63,343 nt of DNA, filler included, from Rhabdomonas costata (GCA_019059605.1; 57 parts of 57 records of this genome joined end to end with filler, not necessarily neighbours in it), one strand, 5' to 3'. Counted from the first letter of the whole stretch, positions 11,271-25,235 are shown. The notes: generated by a model not told the origin, from the sequence alone. Numbers and translations: made by a program.

Positions 11271-13401
11271 CTGTGGGAAAAGGAGAAGGGGGGAGGAGCA
11301 TAGGCAACGCCCCATGCGTGGTTGCGCATGCTGCGTGCGCCCCTTGGCCACTGCAGCTTCCACGGGATCTCAACCAATTGGGGACGTTCGGGATGAAACG
11401 GGGAAGAATAAGTCCAGCTGTCTCTTATCATCAAGAGGAGCACAGTGAATTGAATTATGAACAATTGGGCATAAGATGTCTGGCGCAAACAATCCTTTGT
11501 TGTGGACACCATGAATGGTCGAAACCTGGTGAAAGGTGAAATGAGACCCTTCAAAGGTAAGGGTGCAGCTATTTGAATCCAGAGCAGACCATGCTTTTTC
11601 AGAGGTTCCAGGGGTGAAACAATCGGACAAAAAAATGTAAATGAAATGGGTGCATAAGAAAAGCACCTGCTCCACCAGCCGGGACAAGAACACAGTGATG
11701 CTTTTGTGTGTGAGCGACTCAATGCCGTAGTACGAAGGGTTCTGAAAGGAAAGACAGAAGAAGAATCCAAAGAAGCAAAAACCCTGCCTCGCAGCTGGCT
11801 GAGGTCTCCAAAACAGCAACGCTAAGCCCAACCATTGCTTCTAGGGGTGCGTGCAGCGTGGGCACAGACTTTTGCTCGTATGATACATACACCGTGATGT
11901 GGGGTAATATGTTACATGGCATTGGCTGAAAGGCGATCATTTTCGGAAACGATCCCCCTGGATCGTCCTTCAACAACCGTGGTACAGATAAATCCCCCCC
12001 TCAATACCATAGCTGCTTTGGGTAGGGCTGATATTTCCCAGTGGTTTTGGGTTCTTGGACGCTCTTCGTCGGGTTCTTTGCGACTGTGGGGTGGAGGTCG
12101 ACGAAGAGCGTCCAAGAACCCAAAACCACTGGGAAATATCACCCAACACNNNNNNNNNNNNNNNNNNNNNNNNNNNNNNNNNNNNNNNNNNNNTTAATTA
12201 ATTAANNNNNNNNNNNNNNNNNNNNNNNNNNNNNNNNNNNNNNNNNNNNTGTTGGGGGTCAGCGGTAACATTCGCAAGCGTTCAAGGGCGCGTGACACGC
12301 AGGAGGTGGAGGTGGAAATAGTCCTCAGAAAAGAAAGATGACAAGGTCCAGGGGAGAGTGCAATTGGGGACGACCAGGGTTCATCTAGAAGCAGAAGCAG
12401 GAGGGGAGGTAAATCGATTGGAGTGACTAAATTCATCAGTCGCCGGAAAAAAAAACTCGGCGGAGCATTGAGCAGAAAAGCCGGGGGAGCAGGTTGACGA
12501 TGCGTGACAGCAAGTATAGCAAGACATGACAGGTGGGATGCGAAAGTGAAGCGCGAAACGTTCGCATGTCTCTGCTGCGTGACCTTGTGGAGGTCTGTCC
12601 AGAGAACCGCCCTCAAGGACCGCAGAAAGTGAACAGCAGGTAAATCACTCAGTAACGTAGAGAGGAAAGAGAAAGAGAAGCCCCACGGGAGCTGGCACGA
12701 TGGGCGCAGCTGCCGTGGGGCATACAAGTATACAAAAGAAGCCGCCCTCGCTCTGAAGGCTGTATTTAGCCTCAGCGAGTCTGGTCCGCCAAACGCTTGC
12801 GCTTCCAGTAGCGGATCACACTGACCACACCGAAGAGCGTAAGCGCAGCACCCGCCGCGATGGATCCGATGAGAATCCCGGCAATCGCCTCGTTGGAAAG
12901 CCTGTCGAGCGAGGAAATATTGTGCGTGTCGACTCAAAAAGTACGGCTCAGAAAATTGCGAACTAAATTAGGCGTTTTCGGACTTGGAAGCTAAAACAGG
13001 TGGTGAAAAAACTGGGTTCCAATGCATATCGGTTGTGCTTGTTTTTCAAGCTCATTTGGAACTTCTACTGTCACCTCTTTCTTTGGGACAATTGTGATTT
13101 TTTTTTTGGGTGTGTGTGTGTGTTAAACGTTTAACAGCGTTCAACGGTTGGGACTTTGCAGACCAATCGAGCATCGACCAAGCATTATTTTAGGGGCAGA
13201 GGCCAGCCCGCCGCGGGCCGGAGCGGACGAATGAGGCGGGGGGGGGTCCTGCAACAACCACCNNNNNNNNNNNNNNNNNNNNNNNNNNNNNNNNNNNNNN
13301 NNNNNNTTAATTAATTAANNNNNNNNNNNNNNNNNNNNNNNNNNNNNNNNNNNNNNNNNNNNCCCTACACCCTACACCCGGCGGCCCGTTGTGCTCTGCA
13401 G

Positions 13402-13570
13402 TGGAAACCACCACTTGTGCCCCCACAGGAAGTTTGGAGGCCCGCAGCACGCGAGGATCTGCAATTCCCGAATTGCGGTGATCGAGCACATCCTCAGCAG
13501 GGGCTTCGACGTGTTCTGGTCCGACACCGACGCGGTGGTGCTGCGGGATTTCTACCCCATGTTCATCGAG
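13402..13570 (+). CDS. Nucleotide-diphospho-sugar transferase (GT77-like) exon
   Basis: RIAVIEHILSRGFDVFWSDTDAVVLRDFYP fits the L..G.DV.F.D.D.V.LR.P pattern with a DxD motif. CTGCAG acceptor; 3' boundary uncertain. Confidence 0.8.
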
Positions 13571-16463
13571 GCAGCAAGGAGAAACACGGTTTTTCCGCCA
13601 CAGCCACAGAGAGAGACATGATGTCAGTTGACTTCGCGTCCCCCAATCTGCCGTGCACTTAGTTGTAAGCACCGTGGAACCCACTGAGTCGTACCGGGCA
13701 GGGATCTCTATGCACGTTGGGACTATCGTGGTGAGGCGAGGGGCGTTAAACGTTGAGCACTCCAAAGCCATAATGTGCTTCTTACCATCGATAAGGCTCA
13801 AGATTATACTCACTGCTCCAAATTGCTAACAAGTATAACTCCACATGGAGGTCGTCGTCACAGTTTACCTGCCCCCCACCCCCCTCGTGCCCTAAATAAA
13901 CATCGTCAACACAGGGACCGGATTGTGGTTCGGTCATGTAGTACTGCTCAGCGTTTTGCAGCATATTGCCTGCCCGCTTGACAACGTCGAATGAACATGA
14001 TGACATGCATTGGTGTACAGGATTTTGAAAGTTTTCAGCATTTTGCACGTAGATAACAAAAACAACCCAGCTTTTGTGGGCCCCACTTTAATTTGTTTTG
14101 AGACGTGTTGAGAGCCAAACCAAGACCAAGACCACTGGTTCAAGCCAGTTGTTACCATTGGGTAGCAGTATTTCTGGTGGTCTTCAGATACCGTACGATG
14201 GCACCCTTCCCTTGGGCCGCATTGAGGCCCCCCCAGGCACAACTTCCTCGCCATTGCCTCTGAACCGGGGCGGCCCCCTTCCTGGTGGCCGACTCACCGG
14301 GGATACCAGCACCCCCCCGTCCCCGTGCGCTCCGTGGCACTACGCGATCAACTACTACCAACCACAGCAACNNNNNNNNNNNNNNNNNNNNNNNNNNNNN
14401 NNNNNNNNNNNNNNNTTAATTAATTAANNNNNNNNNNNNNNNNNNNNNNNNNNNNNNNNNNNNNNNNNNNNTTTTTGGGGTGGGTTAAAAGTGAGCGTTA
14501 GATGAGCGTTTGGTAAATTGCACCGCGAAACGCGAAATTCGGAATGTGCTTCGATGCGAAGTCTTTTTAACCGCTGGAAGTTAGCATTTTATTCTCCCAA
14601 GAAGATTCATTTGTTCTTATTTCCCGGCGAATTTTTCGTGACCTTTGCTGGTGTTCATATTCATCAACAGTTGCCTTTTGCATGCAATCTGCAATCTGCG
14701 GGCCGGGGTGCAATAGTAGATGGTCCGCGGCTCCCCTCCTCTCGCTCCTTCCATCTTACACAATGCACATTGGCGGCATACGAAAGCGGAATGAGCATGG
14801 TCGCGTATTTGAAAATTTTCTCGTGCTCACCGAGGTTTTGACACATGATGCGATTCTTCGCTGCTGGACTTACGCTCACTTTCATCACCACCTCTAAGAT
14901 CACAGTGATGAAAAAGTCGCGGTGCGTGGGTGGGTGGGTGGGCATCTTTGGGAGGTTGACGAACGAACGAACGAAGGTGAGGTGATGTATCCCAGACGCT
15001 GTTTTCAACACTGTTCGGATCTCATAGGATTCATTGGAGACCATGTTTTCGAAGACACGACCACTTCTGAATGAAGGGCCCTTTGCCGAAACTCGGGGGG
15101 AGGGGGGTTCCTGGATTGCTAGACTCACTCCGCTGACCCCCCTTAATCTGCTTAATCAGCTAGAAAAACAACAGTGACAGCAACAATTGCCATTGGACAC
15201 AAAGATAACTGCCAACGCAGACTTAAGCAGATCTTTTGACGAAGAAAGTCTTTGAAGATAAGGACCATTCAAGGAGTCTTGCCCACTCGTAAGAGCCTTG
15301 TGCTTCTTCCCAGCGCACAACGGATACTCGCTTTGGTCCGTCGATGGAACCAGTCCCCGGCATTTATGCGCAGGGCGGGCAGAAGCACCGGCTCACTTCC
15401 AAGGAGCTGGCCAGGGCTAACCACAGGCTGTACTATGAGCCGGTACACCGCAGCGGAGCAGACGGTCCCGAGGGTGCGGCGGGGNNNNNNNNNNNNNNNN
15501 NNNNNNNNNNNNNNNNNNNNNNNNNNNNTTAATTAATTAANNNNNNNNNNNNNNNNNNNNNNNNNNNNNNNNNNNNNNNNNNNNGTGTTGCTAGTATGTG
15601 GGCACTCGCACTAGCTTCGTAGTTTGCATGCTAGCCCCGGGAGCAGAAACAATTTTGCTTTTTGGCTGTCTTTTTGCCGTATTTTTGGCCGAAAGCCGGA
15701 TAATTTTTTATGTTCTTACTCCAGTACTGGTTTGCTTTCACGTTGAACGTCGAAGATCCCTCCCTTTTTATGGTGAGGGCCGTTCCGACGAAATGCCGTG
15801 CTCAAAGTATTCTGGTGATTCTCATGTGTGCTTAGTGTGTTCATGTTTGCTTTGCCCTGTTCACTTGCACTCTTCCCTGTCTTCTGCTGAGCGCAGAGCG
15901 CAGAGAGCATAGCTTTTGCCACCTTTTGGAGTGCGAATGAATAAGTCGCGAACATTTTGGAGGATATCCCATTCCTGTGCTTTTGTGGCGATCTTCGAGC
16001 GTATGGTTATAGCGGAAGAGATGCGCATACTTTCGGTCCACTGGTTGATCACATGTGCCCTCTGATTCCTGTTCTTCTTCAAATGTCTTCGACTACGCAT
16101 TTGTGCGGATTGGCGGGATAGGGACAAATGTCAGTGGGTAATCACACGTTTGCATGTTTTTCATGAACACTGAACACAATAGGTGAAACTACGTGCACCA
16201 AGAAGGAAAGAACGGGGAACCTGAACACTCACATGAAGTCACTTGAAACCCGTTTTTCGAAATATGCACTCTGCACCACTTCTTGATTTCTTGGCCAGTG
16301 TATACATTGGGGTACTGCGTTACGAAATCGATGGGGACCTTTATCATTTATCATTACTCATAATTTTTTCACTGTCTGCTGCGAAATTCTTCTGGCTTGG
16401 GTTTTGGCCCTTCCTTTGCAAGCTTTCTTCTTTCGAATTTTACATTTTTGTTTCTGCCCGATC

Positions 16464-16597
16464 ATGTCAAGGTGCCCACCCTCGCCGGTTCGCAGAACCC
16501 CAGTTATTCCAGATGATGTTGAATACATCCGCAAACAGGACTTACATGGCTCCCTGGACAGAATTGTCGCAATGCTTCTCCACATGAGACCCCCACA
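16464..16597 (+). CDS. N-terminus of a protein with an RIIa/Dpy-30-like dimerization/docking helix
   Basis: MSRCPP...DVEYIRKQDLHGSLDRIVAMLLHMRP matches EY.......L......LL..RP. ATG follows a pyrimidine tract. Confidence 0.5.
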
Positions 16598-16906
16598 NNN
16601 NNNNNNNNNNNNNNNNNNNNNNNNNNNNNNNNNNNNNNNNNTTAATTAATTAANNNNNNNNNNNNNNNNNNNNNNNNNNNNNNNNNNNNNNNNNNNNCAG
16701 TTTTGATGGGATTTTACAGCGAGCACGCTGCCTATTCTTACAATTTGGGTTGCCAGTCACAACAGCACAGGTCATCGGTCCTTTTGTACTACGAAGGCAG
16801 AGAGAAGAAGAAAGGGTAAATAGAACAAATACCGAACGAAGATCCAAATCCATGGAAACAGGAGCAGAAAATAAGAACCCCCCCCTCCCAGACGCACACC
16901 GCACAC

Positions 16907-17132
16907 CTGCGTCCGAGGAGATGTGAGACACCACCCCACGCCGCCAGCACTGCTCACAGGCGTCGTAGTCACAACCCTTGCTGCACCGATAGTGTGTCCC
17001 AATGACTCCGCAGCTATCGCAAAGGTTCCTGGGCCTAGGGTTGAACGTGAGCGGGTGCTGCCGCGGACTAGCTTCTCCATATATCAGAGAGAGTCCCATC
17101 CCATCATCATCACCGCCGTCACGACGTTCCAT
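16907..17132 (-). CDS. First exon of a ZZ/DC1-type zinc-finger protein
   Basis: HPLTFNPRPRNLCDSCGVIGTHYRCSKGCDYDACEQC (H.L...CD.C....YRC...CDYD.C..C). Ends at donor CAG|GTGTGC. Confidence 0.75.
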
Positions 17133-18169
17133 GGTACCACAACGGCCGGAAATTTGACTTTGAGCAACCCCAAGAAGGTCGAGTGTTCTACAGAGGCATG
17201 GACTGCAAGGGAAACCAAAGGGAAAAAATAGATAACAAAAAATGCAGCAAATCATTTCCCGCTATTGCTGAGGGTGAGAATTTGCCTGGAAGGCTTAAGG
17301 TTTTGAAAGCATTCGTGGTTGTTCCCGTTGAGATCGTCGAGGCTGTGTGGATGGTGGAGGTGTGGATGGGTGGAGGTGCAGCATTGAGTAAGCGCACGCG
17401 CAGCAAACAAGAGGAAAGCAAACGAGCGCACCGGAAAGGTTACTCTGAGGGGTTCCAGGGGCGTTGTGAACTTCATCGAATCATTTCGCGAAAAGACAGA
17501 GAAAAAGAAATGGACTTGCTGGCAAAAATGGAGGGAAGCCTAATCAAATCACTGCGTTCCAATTGTTTCCATTGCCCACAAAGTTCGGTTCCACGAAGCT
17601 TATCCGAAAGTGAATGGTTCAATGGTTCCAACTCGTTCTCTCAGTAACTCGGGTGGCGCATCGGAACCATAGCTCGCTATTCATCCACTCGTGAGTGTGC
17701 TGTGTGCGTGNNNNNNNNNNNNNNNNNNNNNNNNNNNNNNNNNNNNNNNNNNNNTTAATTAATTAANNNNNNNNNNNNNNNNNNNNNNNNNNNNNNNNNN
17801 NNNNNNNNNNGTTGTGGGGCAATCGTTCATGATAATGAAGAGGTCAGACCATATATTTTTAAAAAGAATTCCACCAAAAATCGAGCATATCGCGTCCTCA
17901 GGAAACCGAGGTTGGGTATTTAGATTAGTTTTTCCAGAGCTTCTCAGTTTCACGTGCCAATAAGTTGGAAAAGCGTGTCCGAGGGCGACCAAGAGACCAC
18001 CTGTGCGTCGTTTTCAAAGTGTTGTTCATATGTCTCCATAGGTGTTCATATGCCGATGGATAGGCAGTGACGACACCACGATGGCCTGATCACACCCGAA
18101 ATCGATTGAGGGATTTGGTAAATATGGAAAGGAGTGGGGTAGACCGGCAAAGCCATTAGGGACAGGTCG

Positions 18170-18377
18170 TTCACCTCCACCCTCGAGACAGCTGCCTGGC
18201 ACCACTTCTGGCTGTGGATCCGTGCCGCGGCGACGCATAGAGAAAAATTGCCTGAAAAAAGTCAACAAGGAGGTAGAAAAGGGGGAACCTAGGCCGAATC
18301 TCAAAATCGACATGCTCACCACTCACCGTCTCTTGCGGGCGATGTGTGCGGAGCTGTGGAAGTCGCTGCTATACACC
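18170..18377 (-). CDS. Probable mini-exons of an unknown gene (VYSSDFHSSAHIARKR|QKWCQAAVSRVE)
   Basis: Two short segments bounded by CCAG| ... |GTGAGT and ACAG| ... |GTGAAC, with compatible phases. No family recognised; boundaries approximate. Confidence 0.35.
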
Positions 18378-19160
18378 TGGAGCACACAAAGGAAAGTACC
18401 GAGCAAGCAAACGTGAGCACCAATTGTTTTTTTTTGATGATCACAAAGGTGAGAGAAAGGAGCCTAAGCAGGCATTGGGTCTTTGCGGACATAGCAGGCC
18501 CTCCGAAATGCGATTGGTCTTAAGTTCTTACGTCTAAGCACAAATTCTAACCAACCCCTGTTAGCGATGACACAGCACAAAAGAACAGCGAAACAAATAT
18601 GCTAAAAAAAAAGAAGTACACTGATGGCACAAGACCCTCACCTTAAGGTTCACCATTCCTCAGCCTCACCATTTCTTCGACGCACAATGATGGGTTACAA
18701 CAAAAAAAAGCAGCGCGGAAGTGGAAGGAGGGAAACCTCGGTTCTTTCTTTGCCCTGGCCAAGATTGCCAGAGGTGAGGTATAGCATGACGCTGGCCTGC
18801 ACCTCCAGCTCCGCCCGTGGGGTNNNNNNNNNNNNNNNNNNNNNNNNNNNNNNNNNNNNNNNNNNNNTTAATTAATTAANNNNNNNNNNNNNNNNNNNNN
18901 NNNNNNNNNNNNNNNNNNNNNNNGGTGGGGGTGCAAGGAGGGTGTTTTTCCTTGATCCAGAACCAGTTGTGTTGTGTTTAACTCGTTCTGGATCAAGGAG
19001 AAACACCCTCCTTGCACCTCCACTATGAAGCAGCATTCAGCGGCTTTCCTTATGTGCGGACACTGGTGAAATGAGGGAAAACGGCAAAACTCTGAAGAAA
19101 ATATAACCACCCTTTGAACGCCAACCTCACGACAACACCTTACGGGGTGCGGGCGGTCAC

Positions 19161-19335
19161 CTGAGCCTGGGTTATCTCATCCGCGGGGCGTCCCCACAGA
19201 GATCGCAGGAGCTGCCCAACGGCCCACCGAGTGCCGGCCTGCGGGAAAAAACTCACCACGGCAGGCACCAGCCCGGCAAAGAGCGTGGTCCAACCCTCCT
19301 TGGAGATCACCTCCGCGAGACAGTCTCCAATGTCC
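19161..19335 (-). CDS. Mitochondrial carrier (SLC25) family exon
   Basis: IGDCLAEVISKEGWTTLFAGLVPAVVSFFPQAGTRWAV matches DC...I...EG...L(Y/F).G..P......P. Bounded by TTTCAG and CAG|GTGACC. Confidence 0.85.
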
Positions 19336-19485
19336 CTGAAAGAAAGGCAAAGAAAAAGCATCAGTCAACGGCCGCCTTGAATCCCTGTTGACCTTGGAGG
19401 CTTTAAAGACAATCAACAACAGACTGCCAAACAGGCAGTCCGCAAAAAGCACAAAACAACCTAAACGGAATGACGAACAGACAAT

Positions 19486-19593
19486 GCCTTGAGGCGGTGA
19501 CTGTGAGTGAGGGTTTGTAAAGCAGTTGCGCGGGGAAGGGGTGACCTGTGTCTCGCACCATTCTTGTGCGTGGACCGGGGACAGAAACCGGCC
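19486..19593 (-). repeat. Dispersed ~110-bp repeat, copy 1 (other copy at 36395-36508, +)
   Basis: Both copies begin GGCCGGTTTCTGTCCCCGGTCCAC.CACAAGA and end ACTCAC.GTCACCGCCTCAAGGC. Confidence 0.9.
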
Positions 19594-20312
19594 ACTTTGC
19601 TTCAATCTTGTTTTTTGTTTCAACTGAAGACTTCTGTTTCGGGTGAGACAAAGGAGTAACCATCACAGGCACAACCACAAAGGGTCCATGCAGGCGACTC
19701 TAGTGCCTATTTCTTGATCTTTAAGTTTGCATGGCCAGGGAGCTGTGGGATACCCTGGCCTGCGGTACAGTGATACATGCACTCCATGACTCCCAACAGT
19801 GCTATGGGATCCTTTGAGTCATCAACTCTGTTTCCATCAGTAATTTACACCTCCGACAATCTTTCAGTTTATCTTGTCTCCATCCCAAGTCAAAAGAGCT
19901 CTTAGTCTTGGACAAAAGCGACCGAAGGTTTCCGGANNNNNNNNNNNNNNNNNNNNNNNNNNNNNNNNNNNNNNNNNNNNTTAATTAATTAANNNNNNNN
20001 NNNNNNNNNNNNNNNNNNNNNNNNNNNNNNNNNNNNGGGTGTGTGGCAAGGCGACTCCCACAAATGTACTACCTTCTGGGGTCTACCCATATTTGTTTCT
20101 GAAGAGTACTATCTGTTTCACCTCACGTGAGTGAGACGAAAGAGGAACCACAACAGACAGAAAGCACCCTGCAAGCTGTCTGTTGCGTGGTTTTTATTTA
20201 TTGTCTTGGCTTTTGAGGGGTTCCGTGCATTCGCTGCCCTCAACGTGCTTCCCGAGTGTTCCTTTTTGGAACAGACTCTTGCTGTTTGCTGCGGATTCTT
20301 CATCTGGACATT

Positions 20313-20541
20313 ATGGCAAGTGGATCTTCGCGGGTGATGCGCGCTGTGCGAGTGCATGAGTTCGGAGACGCGTCTTCTCTCAGGTATGTGCGCTTTGCGT
20401 CATCACTTTTTTCTAGCATGATTTTGAGCGTGCGTGTTTTTCTTTTTTTTAAGCGTCGGGTCGAATCCTCTCTTTTTTAGTATCACTTCCTTTGCTCGCA
20501 GAGTGGAAGATATCCCGATTCCCGAGCCCCGCCCAGGGCAG
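20313..20541 (+). CDS. Zeta-crystallin / NADPH:quinone oxidoreductase (MDR family), first two exons (20313-20383, 20502-20541)
   Basis: MASGSSRVMRAVRVHEFGDASSLR|VEDIPIPEPRPGQ matches MRA..V.EFG....L..E.VP.P.P..GQV. Phase-compatible GT-AG intron. Confidence 0.88.
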
Positions 20542-22739
20542 GTTTGTCTAAAGTCAGCACTTTTCACAGACTCCCCGGTTCTTTTTTTGGTGCCTGCGTC
20601 TCATAGATCATCATCCATCGGTCCGTCCAGCACCGTTCTTACATGCGTTCTTACCTCAAACTAAGTGCGTTTCTCCAAGTGAGCACGAGAAGGCTTTTTA
20701 CTAATTCCTGTGTTCAACCAAGCGGGCACTTGGGCAGCATTTTTGCGACTGTATGGGAAAACTATCAAAGCAGAGAAGGGTGCTCCGCGCCGCAGCCAAA
20801 TGATATTTCGAGTACTGGAGGACAAGCGGATCTGTTTTCAATTTTAAAAAAGAAACTAACATAGCAATCGGAGGACCACACTGCAGTTGAAGGGGTACAG
20901 GAAAACGATAGCAAGAATGAAAAGGAGAAAAAGTGCGGAAAAGGGGGTAATGACCGTACACGTGAGTCCCCAAAGTGCACTATGTACAAAAGCAGGTGGA
21001 ATGGTGTAGAAAGGATCCCAAGGACCATCAACCGAGGGCAAAAAAACANNNNNNNNNNNNNNNNNNNNNNNNNNNNNNNNNNNNNNNNNNNNTTAATTAA
21101 TTAANNNNNNNNNNNNNNNNNNNNNNNNNNNNNNNNNNNNNNNNNNNNGGTTGGTGGTTAACCGGTGCCCTGCGGCTCACAAGGGATCACATATGATTAT
21201 GGGGATTTTTCCGTGCGAGTACCCAAGCAGCACCCGCTGTATGCTGGGTACATCTTTTCATTTCATCCAACTTTCGGGTCCCTGCCTTCTGCATGCTTCT
21301 TTCGGCCCTCTCTGTCCCCCAGATCCAAACACAGGGAGCATCAGGATTTACACCTATTGGTCGAGGTTGAATAGAACTTTATAATGGCGAAGAAGCCAGG
21401 GTAAAAAGTCTTGGCTTCCCTCTATCCGATCAACCCGGCAGGGTGGACAGTGGACCGTGCCTGATGTCTGGTTGGGAAAGTGGAGATCAAGGTGCATCGT
21501 CCTGTGTTGATCCATTGGAAGAGTGAGAGAGCAATTATGGTGGCAACAACGAAAGCGGGACAAAAGAGGAGGCGCCCAAAAATCGGGGTGCTTGGAGAGA
21601 GAGAGAGAGAGTATACCCTGTAACTGCAGCGGCGGGGATAACGGATCGCTGTCCACGGTTGTTCTCTGCGGAGGAACAGCGAGTCCAGTGTCGAGCTTTG
21701 AGTCCCAACCCTACAGATCATCACAGAATCACAGAGGAACCAATCGTGAGCTCGCGGATGACGACGGAAGTTTGCGACGACAAAATAGCACCTGCAGACA
21801 CCAGTAAAAAAATGGTAAACTGGTATCTGGTTCAGACAAAGATGGCATCCAACCGTTGCCCGAATCACCTGACACCTGCGAGTGGAGTCTAGTTTCTCCG
21901 TCAATGGTAAGACGGTGTGTGGTGTGGAACTCGGAGGGATCCATTATCCTTGGGCTCCCAGGTGACTTTTTCAACAAACTAAGAAATTCAAAAGGGTGCA
22001 GAGGCCAAACAGTGCCAACCCCCGCTCCCACGCGCAACACCTCAGCCAGAGGCGCTGGCACGCTCCCATGCGGAATGGGTGCCCGCGTGGCTTCTATGCA
22101 CTTCAGCAAGGCACTCTGCAAGGCAGTAACCTGCACGGGGATACAGTAAATACAAACACCCNNNNNNNNNNNNNNNNNNNNNNNNNNNNNNNNNNNNNNN
22201 NNNNNTTAATTAATTAANNNNNNNNNNNNNNNNNNNNNNNNNNNNNNNNNNNNNNNNNNNNCCCCCCCCCCAGTAGGGGCACACAGTGGGGAAGCGCCCC
22301 AACTTTCTGCAGCGAAGGTGCAGGAACGGCTGCTGTTAACTGATTTTCATTCCATTACACTCCGCGTCCAGAATGGCAATTGCTACGGGGAATCTGTTTG
22401 TGAGTGATCGGGAAACGGGTTTTTGCCATTGGTGAACCCCGAGAACGTGAAAAGGACCCGCGGTGTAATGAAAAGTTCCGCACGTTCGGGCGAGAAGCGC
22501 ATGCTGTTTAGCACTGTCGGGCACATAACAACAGCAGCTCAACTTGGAAAATCCCAGTCTGTTTTTTCAGAGCAGCAGCTGCAAGTGGAACTTGCGTGCC
22601 ATATCACCCTTCGCTCGCCGCACAGCTGCTTTTTGCTGTGACCAGCACACCACAACCACATCCGCAGGCTCGACTGCTTTACCCGCTTTCACACATTTCA
22701 AGTGCCACCTGCGCACACACGCATATTCCTCCACCTCAG

Positions 22740-23205
22740 GTCAAGAACTACAAGATGGTGTTTGACATGAGCAAGGAGCTGCAGCCCTATGCCGCGCTGT
22801 GGATCACCTCCAACGACTGGCTGACCTCGCACCAGACCTGGCACACGGACCCCTTCGAGGCGCTGGACCCGGAGGAGATTGACCGCATCGTAACCAACTC
22901 CCACAAGACCATGGTCTCCCTCTCTGAGCTTGTTTCACGTAATTTTTTCGACAGACACAGACACGTACTCCTGAGATCATTCTTTCCCTCCCCAATCCTG
23001 ACCCTCGTTTTTTGGCAATCTCCTCTGGCTTGCGCATATTCCCCTTTCCTTTTTGTTCGCCATATTTGCCATGAGCAGTGGGTGCGCTTCAGGTTCAACT
23101 CGCGAAGACGTTCAAGGACAAACCCCCGATGATGAAGATCGTCGAGGAGATTCGCACTCAGGTCGAGGCCTTCAGGCCGATCGTCCCCGTGGTGATGTCC
23201 CTGCG
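22740..23205 (+). CDS. Axonemal dynein heavy chain, DHC_N2 region, exons 22740-22913 and 23093-23205
   Basis: KELQPYAALWITSNDWLTSHQTWHTDPFEALDPEEID...|...IRTQVEAFRPIVPVVMSLR is typical of inner-arm DHC (PY..LW....W...W...P...LD.E; F....P....LRN). GT-AG intron in phase. Confidence 0.92.
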
Positions 23206-24008
23206 GTATGCGCGTGCACGCGTCTGCGCGCACGCACGTGTGTGTGTGTGTGTGGTGTTTCGTTCGCCCCCCACNNNNNNNNNNNNNNNNNNNNNNNNNN
23301 NNNNNNNNNNNNNNNNNNTTAATTAATTAANNNNNNNNNNNNNNNNNNNNNNNNNNNNNNNNNNNNNNNNNNNNTCCACTCCCCATGCTGGCAGGGCTGG
23401 CCTCGACACAAAAAGCGGATACGGATACGCCCATCCAGACACAAAAGGTCCAGTGCGGGCCTGACTTTTCGGGTGGGCTTTTCAGGTGCTGCTGCACTTG
23501 GGTGGCACTGCACCTCAATTTGGAAAGGAAGCACACCTCCATCTCCTTCTGCTGTTGAGCTACCGGGGAACAAGCAGTCGCAGAAGAGGTGATTGGGGTC
23601 CCCAGAAATGGATGAAGGGTAACGTGAACGTTGAACTCAGGAAGCCCTGCAGCGTAGGCACCGAACCGAGGCCACTGTACGGGAGAGAGTATGCGGATGT
23701 TACACGGACAAACGTGCCAGTTCAATGGCGCTTTGCGAAAGTGTTTTCCCTTATTTTAGAAGAAATTTGTTTTACGCACACGCAGATTTCTTGATACTGC
23801 TGTCAATTGGACAGGAACAATCCGAATGTGCGTCAAAGCTCGTTGCAGAGCACAAGCAAAGCAGAAAAGCGAAATAAAAACCTGCGGGGCACCGTGGTCC
23901 GGTAAGGGTTGTCCCCTCCCATGCAGAGACAGCATATTCTGACACTGGGGATCCGTGCACACGTGCTCATAATCCTATGCAACAGCATTGTAAATCGAAT
24001 GCGGCTGC

Positions 24009-24368
24009 ACACTGAAACAAGAAGAGAAGCAGACCAACCATGTCAACAACTACATGTCAACAGCACAGATAACCATGGCGTCAAAAAAGAACTAAGACAG
24101 CCATCTCCAAAAATGTCGATGTAATACTTTTCCAAATTCAAAAATTTTCCCCCAATAAAATTGTGTTGGATGGGTTTAAACCAGGGGGGGTTCATAATTC
24201 ATTTCTTTACCCCATGACTCACAAGCAAAAAAAAAAAAAGGAGGTCGGACAAAGAATAAACCTAAACCATACGTACACTGAAACAAGAAGAGAAGCAGAC
24301 CAACCATGTCAACAACTAAGCACAGATAACCATGGCGTCAAAAAAGAACTAACAGCCATCTCCAAAAA
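24009..24368 (+). repeat. Imperfect ~100-bp direct repeat (24009-24113 and 24275-24368)
   Basis: ACACTGAAACAAGAAGAGAAGCAGACCAACCATG...GCCATCTCCAAAAA occurs twice, differing by small indels. Confidence 0.95.
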
Positions 24369-24683
24369 ACCCAAACACACCCACCACNNNNNNNNNNNNN
24401 NNNNNNNNNNNNNNNNNNNNNNNNNNNNNNNTTAATTAATTAANNNNNNNNNNNNNNNNNNNNNNNNNNNNNNNNNNNNNNNNNNNNTGTGTGGTTTGTT
24501 GTTGACTCTTGTACCAATGCGTTCGAGCGTCCAAGAGAGCACTCGGGCCGTTCAAGCCTTCTCTGAGGGTTCGCCGAGCAGAGCACTCCGGGTGTTGTGG
24601 ATGGAGTGGGGCCCGCGGGAACGGAGACACTGAGGTGGGTCCCAGAATTCCCGAAGCCAGATTGCGTGTCATCCGCCGTAACG

Positions 24684-25235
24684 ATGTCAGTCCGGAGACT
24701 GAGCGCTAAGATAGGACTTCCCCGAGCCACCGTTCTTCTGCGGTTGCGGCGTGATCTTGGGCTCCATCCTTACAAGTTGCAGCTAAGACAACGACTGCAC
24801 CGCAGGGGGTAGAGTTAAGCTCTTGCGATTTTGTGGGCAGTTGCTAGGCAAGTGGAGACGCCCCTGCTTCCGGCGGGAACTGCTTGTTAGCGATGAGGCA
24901 AAATTTTTAAATGGGTGCGATAACCAGCAGAACCGTCGGGTGTGGGGGGGGGGAGGATAATCCTCACGCGCCACGCGCCGTGAACTAAGACCAAGAGTCG
25001 CCACAAGTCAAAGTCAAAGTGTCAAGTCAAAGTGTGTCACAGTGGTGTGGTCTGCCTACGGGGGGCATCATCGTTCTCTACAAAACCGTCGATACCGGAA
25101 GATGCCAGACACATTTCTCACCAGAGCTAGAGCGATTCGGTATCCCTTCACACCGGGTCTGTTTTCCGCCCACAGCCCACAGCTCACAAAAACACTATAC
25201 CTCAAGTTATTTCAAAAATAAATTGCCACAATTAA
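24684..25235 (+). mobile_element. Tc1/mariner transposase remnant, frameshifted
   Basis: SVRRLSAKIGLPRATVLLRLRRDLGLHPYKLQLRQRL (HTH plus HPYK.Q..Q.L), RFC...LLVSDEAKFLNGCDNQQNRRVWG (SDE, N.QN.R.W), then WCG...GII; second Asp motif lost. Confidence 0.88.

Noticed and set aside
24009..24368. Direct repeat interpreted as LTRs
   Set aside because: No TG...CA ends, primer-binding site or internal coding sequence. The second copy abuts the contig end, so a local duplication or amplification artefact is more likely.
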